From: Octopus sinensis | Taxonomy: Eukaryota | DNA length: 64,000 nucleotides | Direction: 5' to 3' | Assembly: GCF_006345805.1 (NCBI RefSeq) | Contig: NC_042997.1 | Location: 207,638,001-207,702,000, forward strand | Part shown: one piece after another, positions 1-13,430 of the stretch | Layout: every line of letters begins with the position of its first letter | Numbering within the stretch: position 1 is the first letter of the stretch | Notes under the pieces: generated by a model | What the model saw: only the letters and a program-made list of their open reading frames with translations | What the model was told of the DNA's origin: nothing | Databases searched by the model: none | Position numbers and translations under genes: made by a program

Positions 1-490
1 AAGCCATACCTTCTCAAAGTGATGAACAGAGGTATGCACGGCTGACAAGGAATAGGATCTCTTCTGCAGGAGGAAGAGCAATTGCAACAGCCCAGAGAAG
101 CAGCTTTGAAATATGATCCAGGAGTTCATTGTGCAGATGACACTAGAGTTTCCATTGGTGCGCGGACAACTGAGTGCATGCATTGTAAAGCAAGGATGTG
201 GCCTGGAGAGACACTTGCACTGTGCTGCTGTTAAAACTCCCTGCAATCCCCAACCTTCAGAGCCATTGAAGGGTCTGTTGTCATCAATGACCAAGATTCC
301 AAGCACTTCCAAAACAGAAATAGTCAATGCAATGCTGCCCATATAGATCACTTGGAGCCGCAAGAGATTCATCTGAGCGAGGATTCATGCAAACTTTCAA
401 GATCCAAGGTCAGATTTATCCTTGGATTGGCTCTCTACTACCCTCTGTCAAATGAATCACCAGAATCAGCCTTTCATTGTGTATAATCTG
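1..490 (+). mobile_element. Helitron Rep/helicase N-terminal fragment (frameshifted)
   Basis: Translates across frameshifts to AALKYDP..IGARTTECMHCKARMWPGETLALCC, PSEPLKGLL, SKHF and GFMQTFKIQGQIYPWIGSLLP (from 381), matching the Helitron N-terminal Zn-finger and FKIQGQIYH.IGSLLP motifs. Confidence 0.8.
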
Positions 491-749
491 TACCTGTTTT
501 TTGGTTACAAATAAGCTACACAAAATGTGTTTTTGAATTACGTGTCTTTACTTTATATATACATGACTTGAAAATTTCTTTTGACATTTCACTTAACGTC
601 TGTGTTCCATGCTGGCATGGGTTGGAGAGTTATTAATGTAGAAAGTTGGGATCGCAGCAATTAGAAGTTGACACTTGCATAATCTAGACAGTGTTTTTAA
701 ATTTCATTATTCTCTTTAACCTGGGCAGCGCCAAGTATTTCTGCTAGAA

Positions 750-783
750 TATATATATAATATATTATATATATATATATATG

Positions 784-819
<36 letters not shown>

Positions 820-827
820 TGTATGTA

Positions 828-889
<62 letters not shown>

Positions 890-890
890 T
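750..890. repeat. (TA)n/(TATG)n microsatellite
   Basis: Direct inspection. Confidence 0.95.
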
Positions 891-1011
891 AAAAGTAAAG
901 TTGTAAGGTACTGCACGAGTGAAAATATATATGAAAGGAGGTTTGAAAATGCAATTTTAAAGATATTTATTCACTTTAAAATTACATTTCAAACCTTTTT
1001 TCATATATATA

Positions 1012-1190
1012 TATCATCATCATCATCATTTAACGTCCGCTTTCCATGCTAGCATGGGTTGGACGGTTTAACTGGGGTCTGGGGAGCCCGAAGGCTGCAC
1101 GAGGCCAGTCAGATCTGGCAGTGTTTCTACAGCTGGATGCCCTTCCTAACGCCAACCACTCCGAGAGTGTAGTGGGTGATTTTATGTGAT
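1012..1190 (-). mobile_element. RTE LINE 3' tail fragment ending in (GAT)n
   Basis: Same sequence as the 3' end of the RTE at 19214-20000 (ggatgcccttcctaacgccaaccactcc, (CAT)n on +). Confidence 0.85.
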
Positions 1191-1339
1191 ATATATGCAT
1201 ATATATATATATACATGTATATATATATATATATATATACACACACATATAGATATGCGTGTATATATATATATATATATATATAATAAAAATAAGCAAG
1301 GATATCCAGAGGTAATGCAGTACGATCGTTTCGTGCAAC

Positions 1340-2280
1340 TCCATATGATACCAGATTCCATCACGTGCCAGGGGGAGAAAATAGAAGAAGTTAATAGCTT
1401 CCACTACTTAGGCAACCAAGTCTGTATTGGGTGTGGTTGCTCTGCGAATGTAGCAGCTAGAATAAGTATAGCCTGGGCAAAGTTCAGAGAGCTCCTACCT
1501 CTGCTGGAAACTAAGGGTCTCTCGCCCAGGATAAAAGGCAGACTTTATGATGCATGTGTGTGAACTGCCATGCTACACAGCAGTGAAACATGGGCTATGA
1601 CTGCTGTAGACGTGCATAGACTTGAAAGAAATGAAGCTAGTATGATCCGCTTGATGTGTAACATCAGTGTGCATACACGACAGGGTGTAAGCGCTCTGAG
1701 AGAAATGTTAGACATAAGAAGCATCAGATGTGGTTGCACTGGTATGGTCAAGTGTTACGTACGGATGAAAACAGCTGTGTGAGAAAGTACCACACCCTAA
1801 CTGTGGAAGAAACCTTTGGAAGAGGTAGACCCAGAAAGATGTGGGATGAGGTGGTGAATCATGCCCTTTGAACATTGGACCTCACAGATCCAATGGCAAG
1901 TGACCTTTGGAGATATGCTGTGAAATTGAGAAGACCTGGCAACTAAAGTCAGATTGCAGCCATGGCTGATGCCAGTGTTGCATGTCTGGCCCATTTAAGA
2001 GTACCCTTGAAGCATCAGGCAATATAATATGCTTCAAAAGACCTGTTGAGTGAAGGAAAACCAAAATCGTAGTTGGTGCCTCCTGATTGGCTTCCGTTTT
2101 GGTGGCATGTAAAATGCATCATCCAAACCTGGTTGATGCCAGCGTCCCTTGATGGGCTCCCATGGCAGTGTCATATAAAAAGCAATATCCGAACATGGTC
2201 AATGCCAGGTATACCTGACTGGGTCCCGTACCAGTGGCACACAAAAAGCACCATCCAAATGTGGTCGATGCCAGTACCCT
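1340..2280 (+). mobile_element. RTE LINE 3' portion, decayed
   Basis: GEKIEEVNSFHYLG..ARISIAWAKFRELLPLL..KGRLYDACV*TAMLHSSETW..RGRPRK, homologous to the 20042-21657 RT C-terminus. Confidence 0.9.
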
Positions 2281-2298
2281 TTGTATATATGTATGTAC

Positions 2299-2778
2299 AT
2301 AAATATAATTAAGGATTTAGCAAAAAGTTGCTTCAACGCATACCGAAAATTTAGAAATGGGCAAAAAGAAGAAAAATAACGAAATCAAACAGTCTACGAT
2401 TAACTATGTATGTCTTTCTGGATTAGAATTATACAAATTCATTTCCTTTATCGGCATAATATTTTGAGAATTATAAATTTGAAAATGCTAAAAAAATAAA
2501 GGGTAGGTTTTTTTTTAGCATTTTCAAATTTATAATTCTCGAAATATTATGTTGATGAAGGAAATGAATTTATAATTCTAATCCAGAAACGCGTCCATAA
2601 TTAATCGTAGACTGTTTGATTTCGTTATTTTTCTTCTTTTTGCCTATGTGAGTCACAAATATTGTTGTCTGTGGAGTCATATTTTGTAGATAAAAGAATT
2701 TGCTGTCTTTTGGCTGCTCTTTCTAAATTTTCGGTATGCGGTGAAGCAACTTTTTGCTAAATCCTTAATTATATTTAT
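2299..2778. repeat. Foldback (long inverted repeat), MITE-like
   Basis: Left arm ataaatataattaaggatttagcaaaaag... is the reverse complement of ...ctttttgctaaatccttaattatatttat. Pairing continues to the centre near 2500; the right arm carries an extra ~73 bp. Confidence 0.85.
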
Positions 2779-2888
2779 AATTATATAAAAATACTTTTTG
2801 TACAAGTTTTTACCGATAATGGTACTTTCCATACTAAAACTACTTGGTAAAATTTATTAATTATTAAATTAATAATTCTTTACCCTAT

Positions 2889-2930
2889 ATCTGTCCGACG
2901 AACGGCAACGCGAAACTCAGAGTAACAGGT
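2889..2930 (+). ncRNA. Degenerate type I hammerhead ribozyme motif (Penelope-type)
   Basis: atctgt-CCGACGA-acg[gcaa]cgc-GAAA-ct[cag]ag-TA-acaggt. Stems I, II and III all pair; two deviations (U4>C, G10.1>A). Confidence 0.55.
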
Positions 2931-3030
2931 TTTGTGGAATTTTCTGCTGCTTTAAATAAAGCATATTACTCTACCACTGGTATTTGAGTACTCTTTTTTC
3001 CACCTTGTTTCACATTTATGTGTTTACTCC

Positions 3031-3063
<33 letters not shown>

Positions 3064-3519
3064 TTTGACTCCAGACCTTCTAAGGTCTAGTCACTGACCA
3101 TCATCGTACTCAGCTATGGGGTCTTTTCATTTCCGAGGCCTGTTTTGTCAGATTTTTCTAGTTAACTAATAATTTGAAACTTCGTATACTGGTAGAGTGT
3201 CTCAAAAGGAAACACTAGTTTCAACTTGTTTATTTGAGAAAAATGTATTTTATAACTTTAAGGGTAGATTAAATCTGCGAATTTTAACCAATCGTATTGT
3301 TTGTTTTCATTTGAAATAATTAACTGCATTATCTTAGTGTGACGTAGAAAGCTATTTGTGACGTAGACAGCTGTGCGTAGGTCTGTGTTTTGTGTTTTTA
3401 TAGAAAACTTTGCATGATATTGTAGTACTATTGTGACTATATTGCTAATAATGGAATCTATGTATTGTTTTTCTAGTATTAGCGTTATTAATAATAATAT
3501 GAATGATGATGACTACAGT

Positions 3520-4120
3520 GCATTATTGTGCACAAGAACTGGGGATGAGCCACAGTGCAGCTGTGGATTACAACAATTATGTGCGAGAAATATGCGCGCA
3601 TGACTTGCTAATGAACCCAGTTAATAGGTGGTCCTGGAAAGATTGTCGAGATAGACGAGTCAGTCTTCTCTAGGAGGAAGTTTAATCGAGGAAGGGTGTT
3701 ACCTCAGCAATGGGTATTCGGTGGAGTGTGTCGTGAGACCAGGGAAGTTTTCCTTTATGCAGTACCTTCTCGCAATCGCGACACACTCGAAGAATGCATC
3801 CGTCACTCGATCCTCCCAGGTACCACTATATTTAGTGATCTGTGGAGGGTTTATTCGCATATTCCAGAGATCGAGGGATATATTTTCGACATAGAATGGT
3901 GAACCACAGCGTTGAGTTTGTTAACTCCGTTGACAAAACACACACCCAACAAATAGAGAGCACTTGGGCGTGTTTAAAACGGGGTAACAAGCGGCGTTGT
4001 GGTACACATCGTTCTATGATTGACTCGTATCTCTGCGAATTCATGTGGCAGCGCAGACACGAGAAAAGTGACCTTTGGGAGAAATTGCTGGCATGCATTA
4101 GAAATTTCTCCAATAAGTTA
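3520..4120 (+). mobile_element. Merlin (IS1595/IS1016-like) DDE transposase, frameshifted
   Basis: IGGPGKIVEIDESVFSRRKFNRGRVLPQQWVFGGVCRET..ILPGTTIFSDLW..VNHSVEFV..THTQQIESTW..SYLCEFMWQRRH. Confidence 0.9.
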
Positions 4121-4194
4121 ATCCTTTCTGCCCAAAATACACCCCTCATAGGTTTCAATCGAATTGTAAAATAATCATAAATATACACTAGTTT

Positions 4195-4400
4195 CATTTG
4201 AACTGGATTTATTAGCAGATCATGTGTGCCTATTCCTCGCACGTAAGTGTTATAGGCCACAACTGCATTGTGGCTCATCCCCAGTTCTACTAAGGTTGTG
4301 GGTAACCACAAGTTATTTTTTTCTTTTTTTTGTCCAGCTTCTTCACATTCTGCGTAACAGTTTGTTTCCGCAGTGATCAATTCAAATAAGTATGCTGAAA
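4195..4400 (-). mobile_element. Second, inverted Merlin transposase N-terminal fragment
   Basis: Minus strand ELGMSHNAVVAYNTYVRGIGTHDLLINPV versus plus strand ELGMSHSAAVDYNNYVREICAHDLLMNPV at about 3535-3625. Confidence 0.75.
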
Positions 4401-4744
4401 AATTGTTAATAACAAAAAATTGTTGATAAAAACATTTTTAAAGTTTTTACAACATTATGGTGTAAATTATATTGTTGCCTCTTTCAGTTTCTTCAGAATC
4501 ACTGCTTTCCCCTTTCATTCTTTTAAATATATTTGTGTAGGAATTGCCAATTTCTTCTTCATGCCTTACTTACAATTCTTAGTGCAGGTTTTTTCCCTGC
4601 TGCCGGGGTTGATAGATTAAGTACCCGTTGCTTACTGGGCACATTGTAATCGACTGGCCACTTCCTCCAAAATTTCGGAACTTCTCCCTAGACTACCAAA
4701 AAAGTAAATTAAAAATTGATTCAATCACTGTTTGTATCTTTCAA

Positions 4745-7700
4745 TGACTCTTCTCTGTATTCTTTGCATTTGCATCACTAATTGTAATATCCTGCTTGCA
4801 TCTATGTATCATGCTTCCAAATGTATTACACACCTGTTGTACAATTGCAGTGCTGCCATGGACTCTTCTTCTATTCTTTGCATTTGCATCACTAATTGTA
4901 ATATCCTGCTTGCATCTATGTATCATGCTTCCAAATGTATTACACACCTGTTGTACAATTGCAGTGCTGCCATGGACTCTTCTTCTATTCTTTGCATTTG
5001 CATCACTAATTGTAATATCCTGCTTGCATCTATGTATCATGCTTCCAAATGTATTACACACCTGTTGTACAATTGCAGTGCTGCCATGGACTCTTCTTCT
5101 ATTCTTTGCATTTGCATCACAAATTGTAATATCCTGCTTGCATCTATGTATCATGCTTCCAAATGTATTACACACTGTTGTACAATTGCAGTGCTGCCAT
5201 GGACTCTTCTTCTATTCTTTGCATTTGCATCACAAATTGTAATATCCTGCTTGCATCTATGTATCATGCTTCCAAATGTATTACACACCTGTTGTACAAT
5301 TGCAGTGCTGCCATGGACTCTTCTTCTATTCTTTGCATTTGCATCACAAATTGTAATATCCTGCTTGCATCTATGTATCATGCTTCCAAATGTATTACAC
5401 ACCTGTTGTACAATTGCAGTGCTGCCATGGACTCTTCTTCTATTCTTTGCATTTGCATCACAAATTGTAATATCCTGCTTGCATCTATGTATCATGCTTC
5501 CAAATGTATTACACACCTGTTGTACAATTGCAGTGCTGCCATGGACTCTTCTTCTATTCTTTGCATTTGCATCACAAATTGTAATATCCTGCTTGCATCT
5601 ATGTATCATGCTTCCAAATGTATTACACACCTGTTGTACAATTGCAGTGCTGCCATGGACTCTTCTTCTATTCTTTGCATTTGCATCACAAATTGTAATA
5701 TCCTGCTTGCATCTATGTATCATGCTTCCAAATGTATTACACACCTGTTGTACAATTGCAGTGCTGCCATGGACTCTTCTTCTATTCTTTGCATTTGCAT
5801 CACTAATTGTAATATCCTGCTTGCATCTATGTATCATGCTTCCAAATGTATTACACACCTGTTGTACAATTGCAGTGCTGCCATAGACTCTTCTCTGTAT
5901 TCTTTGCATTTGCATCACTAATTGTAATATCCTGCTTGCATCTATGTATCATGCTTCCAAATGTATTACACACCTGTTGTACAATTGCATTGCTGCCATA
6001 CACTCTTCTTCTATTCTTTACATTTGCATCACAAATTGTAATATCCTGCTTGCATCTATGTATCATGCTTCCAAATGTATTACACACCTGTTGTACAATT
6101 GCAGTGCTGCCATACACTCTTCTTCTATTCTTTACATTTGCATCACAAATTGTAATATCCTGCTTGCATCTATGTATCATGCTTCCAAATGTATTACACA
6201 CCTGTTGTACAATTGCAGTGCTGCCATGGACTCTTCTTCTATTCTTTGCATTTGCATCACTAATTGTAATATCCTGCTTGCATCTATGTATCATGCTTCC
6301 AAATGTATTCACACCTGTTGTACAATTGCAGTGCTGCCATGGACTCTTCTTCTATTCTTTGCATTTGCATCACTAATTGTAATATCCTGCTTGCATCTAT
6401 GTATCATGCTTCCAAATGTATTACACACCTGTTGTACAATTGCAGTGCTGCCATGGACTCTTCTTCTATTCTTTGCATTTGCATCACTAATTGTAATATC
6501 CTGCTTGCATCTATGTATCATGCTTCCAAATGTATTACACACCTGTTGTACAATTGCAGTGCTGCCATGGACTCTTCTTCTATTCTTTGCATTTGCATCA
6601 CAAATTGTAATATCCTGCTTGCATCTATGTATCTATGCTTCCAAATGTATTACACACCTGTTGTACAATTGCAGTGCTGCCATAGACTCTTCTCTGTATT
6701 CTTTGCATTTGCATCACTAATTGTAATATCCTGCTTGCATCTATGTATCATGCTTCCAAATGTATTACACACCTGTTGTACAATTGCAGTGCTGCCATGG
6801 ATTCTTCTTCTATTCTTTGCATTTGCATCACTAATTGTAATATCCTGCTTGCATCTATGTATCATGCTTCCAAATGTATTACACACCTGTTGTACAATTG
6901 CAGTGCTGCCATGGACTCTTCTTCTATTCTTTGCATTTGCATCACAAATTGTAATATCCTGCTTGCATCTATGTATCATGCTTCCAAATGTATTACACAC
7001 CTGTTGTACAATTGCAGTGCTGCCATGGATTCTTCTTCTATTCTTTGCATTTGCATCACAAATTGTAATATCCTGCTTGTATCTATGTATCATGCTTCCA
7101 AATGTATTACACACCTGCTGTACAATTGCAGTGCTGCCATGGACTCTTCTATTCTTTGCATTTGCATCACTAATTGTAATATCCTGCTTGCATCTATGTA
7201 TCATGCTTCCAAATGTATTACACACCTGTTTTACAATTGCAGTGCTGCCATGGATTCTTCTTCTATTCTTTGCATTTGCATCACTAATTGTAATATCCTG
7301 CTTGCATCTATGTATCATGCTTCCAAATGTATACACCTGTTGTACAATTGCAGTGATGCCATAGACTCTTCTTCTATTCTTTGCATTTGCATCACTAATT
7401 GTAATATCCTGCTTGCATCTATGTATCATGCTTCCAAATGTATTACACACCTGTTGTACAATTGCAGTGCTGCCATGGACTCTTCTTCTATTCTTTGCAT
7501 TTGCATCACTAATTGTAATATCCTGCTTGCATCTATGTATCATGCTTCCAAATGTATTACACACCTGTTGTACAATTGCAGTGCTGCCATGGACTCTTCT
7601 TCTATTCTTTGCATTTGCATCACTAATTGTAATATCCTGCTTGGATCTATGTATCATGCTTCCAAATGTATTACACACCTGTTGTACAATTGCAGTGCTG

Positions 7701-10700
7701 CCATAGACTCTTCTCTGTATTCTTTGCATTTGCATCACAAATTGTAATATCCTGCTTGCATCTATGTATCATGCTTCCAAATGTATTACACACCTGTTGT
7801 ACAATTGCAGTGCTGCCATGGACTCTTCTTCTATTCTTTGCATTTGCATCACTAATTGTAATATCCTGCTTGCATCTATGTATCATGCTTCCAAATGTAT
7901 TACACACCTGTTGTACAATTGCAGTGCTGCCATGGACTCTTCTTCTATTCTTTGCATTTGCATCACTAATTGTAATATCCTGCTTGCATCTATGTATCAT
8001 GCTTCCAAATGTATTACACACCTGTTGTACAATTGCAGTGCTGCCATGGACTCTTCTTCTATTCTTGCATTTGCATCACAAATTGTAATATCCTGCTTGC
8101 ATCTATGTATCATGCTTCCAAATGTATTACACACCTGTTGTACAATTGCAGTGCTGCCATGGATTCTTCTTCTATTCTTTGCATTTGCATCACTAATTGT
8201 AATATCCTGCTTGTATCTATGTATCATGCTTCCAAATGTATTACACACCTGTTGTACAATTGCAGTGCTGCCATGGACTCTTCTATTCTTTGCATTTGCA
8301 TCACTAATTGTAATATCCTGCTTGCATCTATGTATCATGCTTCCAAATATATTACACACCTGTTGTACAATTGCAGTGCTGCCATACACTCTTCTTCTAT
8401 TCTTTACATTTGCATCACAAATTGTAATATCCTGCTTGCATCTATGTATCATGCTTCCAAATGTATTACACACCTGTTGTACAATTGCAGTGCTGCCATA
8501 GACTCTTCTCTGTATTCTTTGCATTTGCATCACTAATTGTAATATCCTGCTTGCATCTATGTATCATGCTTCCAAATGTATTACACACCTGTTGTACAAT
8601 TGCAGTGCTGCCATGGACTCTTCTTCTATTCTTTGCATTTGCATCACTAATTGTAATATCCTGCTTGCATCTATGTATCATGCTTCCAAATGTATTACAC
8701 ACCTGTTGTACAATTGCAGTGCTGCCATGGATTCTTCTTCTATTCTTTGCATTTGCATCACAAATTGTAATATCCTGCTTGCATCTATGTATCATGCTTC
8801 CAAATGTATTACACACCTGTTGTACAATTGCAGTGCTGCCATGGACTCTTCTTCTATTCTTTGCATTTGCATCACAATTGTAATATCCTGCTTGCATCTA
8901 TGTATCATGCTTCCAAATGTATTACACACCTGTTGTACAATTGCAGTGCTGCCATGGATTCTTCTTCTATTCTTTGCATTTGCATCACAAATTGTAATAT
9001 CCTGCTTGTATCTATGTATCATGCTTCCAAATGTATTACACACCTGCTGTACAATTGCAGTGCTGCCATGGACTCTTCTATTCTTTGCATTTGCATCACT
9101 AATTGTAATATCCTGCTTGCATCTATGTATCATGCTTCCAAATGTATTACACACCTGTTTTACAATTGCAGTGCTGCCATGGATTCTTCTTCTATTCTTT
9201 GCATTTGCATCACTAATTGTAATATCCTGCTTGCATCTATGTATCATGCTTCCAAATGTATTACACACCTGTTGTACAATTGCAGTGATGCCATAGACTC
9301 TTCTTCTATTCTTTGCATTTGCATCACTAATTGTAATATCCTGCTTGCATCTATGTATCATGCTTCCAAATGTATTACACACCTGTTGTACAATTGCAGT
9401 GCTGCCATGGACTCTTCTTCTATTCTTTGCATTTGCATCACTAATTGTAATATCCTGCTTGCATCTATGTATCATGCTTCCAAATGTATTACACACCTGT
9501 TGTACAATTGCAGTGCTGCCATGGACTCTTCTTCTATTCTTGCATTTGCATCACTAATTGTAATATCCTGCTTGGATCTATGTATCATGCTTCCAAATGT
9601 ATTACACACCTGTTGTACAATTGCAGTGCTGCCATAGACTCTTCTCTGTATTCTTTGCATTTGCATCACAAATTGTAATATCCTGCTTGCATCTATGTAT
9701 CATGCTTCCAAATGTATTACACACCTGTTGTACAATTGCAGTGCTGCCATGGACTCTTCTTCTATTCTTTGCATTTGCATCACTAATTGTAATATCCTGC
9801 TTGCATCTATGTATCATGCTTCCAAATGTATTACACACCTGTTGTACAATTGCAGTGCTGCCATGGACTCTTCTTCTATTCTTTGCATTTGCATCACTAA
9901 TTGTAATATCCTGCTTGCATCTATGTATCATGCTTCCAAATGTATTACACACCTGTTGTACAATTGCAGTGCTGCCATGGACTCTTCTTCTATTCTTTGC
10001 ATTTGCATCACAAATTGTAATATCCTGCTTGCATCTATGTATCATGCTTCCAAATGTATTACACACCTGTTGTACAATTGCAGTGCTGCCATGGATTCTT
10101 CTTCTATTCTTTGCATTTGCATCACTAATTGTAATATCCTGCTTGTATCTATGTATCATGCTTCCAAATGTATTACACACCTGTTGTACAATTGCAGTGC
10201 TGCCATGGACTCTTCTTCTATTCTTTGCATTTGCATCACTAATTGTAATATCTGCTTGCATCTATGTATCATGCTTCCAAATGTATTACACACCTGTTGT
10301 ACAATTGCAGTGCTGCCATAGACTCTTCTCTGTATTCTTTGCATTTGCATCACAAATTGTAATATCCTGCTTGCATCTATGTATCATGCTTCCAAATGTA
10401 TTACACACCTGTTGTACAATTGCAGTGCTGCCATGGACTCTTCTTCTATTCTTTGCATTTGCATCACTAATTGTAATATCCTGCTTGCATCTATGTATCA
10501 TGCTTCCAAATGTATTACACACCTGTTGTACAATTGCAGTGCTGCCATGGACTCTTCTTCTATTCTTTGCATTTGCATCACTAATTGTAATATCCTGCTT
10601 GCATCTATGTATCATGCTTCCAAATGTATTACACACCTGTTGTACAATTGCAGTGCTGCATGGACTCTTCTTCTATTCTTTGCATTTGCATCACTAATTG

Positions 10701-13430
10701 TAATATCCTGCTTGCATCTATGTATCATGCTTCCAAATGTATTACACACCTGTTGTACAATTGCAGTGCTGCCATGGACTCTTCTTCTATTCTTTGCATT
10801 TGCATCACTAATTGTAATATCCTGCTTGCATCTATGTATCATGCTTCCAAATGTATTACACACCTGTTGTACAATTGCAGTGCTGCCATGGACTCTTCTT
10901 CTATTCTTTGCATTTGCATCACTAATTGTAATATCCTGCTTGCATCTATGTATCATGCTTCCAAATGTATTACACACCTGTTGTACAATTGCAGTGCTGC
11001 CATAGACTCTTCTCTGTATTCTTTGCATTTGCATCACAAATTGTAATATCCTGCTTGCATCTATGTATCATGCTTCCAAATGTATTACACACCTGTTGTA
11101 CAATTGCAGTGCTGCCATAGACTCTTCTTCTGTATTCTTTGCATTTGCATCACTAATTGTAATATCCTGCTTGCATCTATGTATCATGCTTCCAAATGTA
11201 TTACACACCTGTTGTACAATTGCAGTGCTGCCATGGACTCTTCTTCTATTCTTTGCATTTGCATCACTAATTGTAATATCCTGCTTGCATCTATGTATCA
11301 TGCTTCCAAATGTATTACACACCTGTTGTACAATTGCAGTGCTGCCATAGACTCTTCTTCTATTCTTGCATTTGCATCACTAATTGTAATATCCTGCTTG
11401 CATCTATGTATCATGCTTCCAAATGTATTACACACCTGTTGTACAATTGCAGTGCTGCCATGGACTCTTCTTCTATTCTTTGCATTTGCATCACTAATTG
11501 TAATATCCTGCTTGCATCTATGTATCATGCTTCCAAATGTATTACACACCTGTTGTACAATTGCAGTGCTGCCATGGACTCTTCTTCTATTCTTTGCATT
11601 TGCATCACAAATTGTAATATCCTGCTTGCATCTATGTATCATGCTTCCAAATGTATTACACACCTGTTGTACAATTGCAGTGCTGCCATGGACTCTTCTT
11701 CTATTCTTTGCATTTGCATCACTAATTGTAATATCCTGCTTGCATCTATGTATCATGCTTCCAAATGTATTACACACCTGTTGTACAATTGCAGTGCTGC
11801 CATGGACTCTTCTTCTATTCTTTGCATTTGCATCACTAATTGTAATATCCTGCTTGCATCTATGTATCATGCTTCCAAATGTATTACACACCTGTTGTAC
11901 AATTGCAGTGCTGCCATGGACTCTTCTTCTATTCTTTGCATTTGCATCACAAATTGTAATATCCTGCTTGCATCTATGTATCATGCTTCCAAATGTATTA
12001 CACACCTGTTGTACAATTGCAGTGCTGCCATGGACTCTTCTTCTATTCTTTGCATTTGCATCACAAATTGTAATATCCTGCTTGCATCTATGTATCATGC
12101 TTCCAAATGTATTACACACCTGTTGTACAATTGCAGTGCTGCCATGGACTCTTCTTCTATTCTTTGCATTTGCATCACAAATTGTAATATCCTGCTTGCA
12201 TCTATGTATCATGCTTCCAAATGTATTACACAGCTGTTGTACAATTGCAGTGCTGCCATGGACTCTTCTTCTATTCTTTGCATTTGCATCACAAATTGTA
12301 ATATCCTGCTTGCATCTATGTATCATGCTTCCAAATGTATTACACACCTGTTGTACAATTGCAGTGCTGCCATGGACTCTTCTTCTATTCTTTGCATTTG
12401 CATCACTAATTGTAATATCCTGCTTGCATCTATGTATCATGCTTCCAAATGTATTACACACCTGTTGTACAATTGCAGTGCTGCCATGGACTCTTCTTCT
12501 ATTCTTTGCATTTGCATCACTAATTGTAATATCCTGCTTGCATCTATGTATCATGCTTCCAAATGTATTACACCCTGTTGTACAATTGCAGTGCTGCCAT
12601 GGACTCTTCTTCTATTCTTTGCATTTGCATCACAAATTGTAAGATATCCTGCTTGCAATGTATCACACACCTGTTGTACAATTGCAGTGCTGCCATGGAC
12701 TCTTCTTCTATTCTTTGCATTTGCATCACTAATTGTAATATCCTGCTTGCATCTATGTATCATGCTTCCAAATGTATTACACACTGTTGTACAATTGCAG
12801 TGCTGCCATGGACTCTTCTTCTATTCTTTGCATTTGCATCACTAATTGTAATATCCTGCTTGCATCTATGTATCATGCTTCCAAATGTATTACACACCTG
12901 TTGTACAATTGCAGTGCTGCATGGACTCTTCTTCTATTCTTTGCATTTGCATCACAAATTGTAATATCCTGCTTGCATCTATGTATCATGCTTCCAAATG
13001 TATTACACACCTGTTGTACAATTGCAGTGCTGCCATGGACTCTTCTTCTATTCTTTGCATTTGCATCACAAATTGTAATATCCTGCTTGCATCTATGTAT
13101 CATGCTTCCAAATGTATTACACACCTGTTGTACAATTGCAGTGCTGCCATGGACTCTTCTTCTATTCTTTGCATTTGCATCACAAATTGTAATATCCTGC
13201 TTGCATCTATGTATCATGCTTCCAAATGTATTACACAGCTGTTGTACAATTGCAGTGCTGCCATGGACTCTTCTTCTATTCTTTGCATTTGCATCACAAA
13301 TTGTAATATCCTCCTTGCATCTATGTATCATGCTTCCAAATGTATTACACACCTGTTGTACAATTGCAGTGCTGCCATGGACTCTTCTTCTATTCTTTGC
13401 ATTTGCATTACAAATTGTAATATCCTGCAT
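4745..13430. repeat. Tandem satellite, 114-bp monomer, about 76 copies
   Basis: Motif tctatgtatc recurs at 4801 and 4915 (period 114). The ORF track shows exact 38-aa periodicity. Confidence 0.97.
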
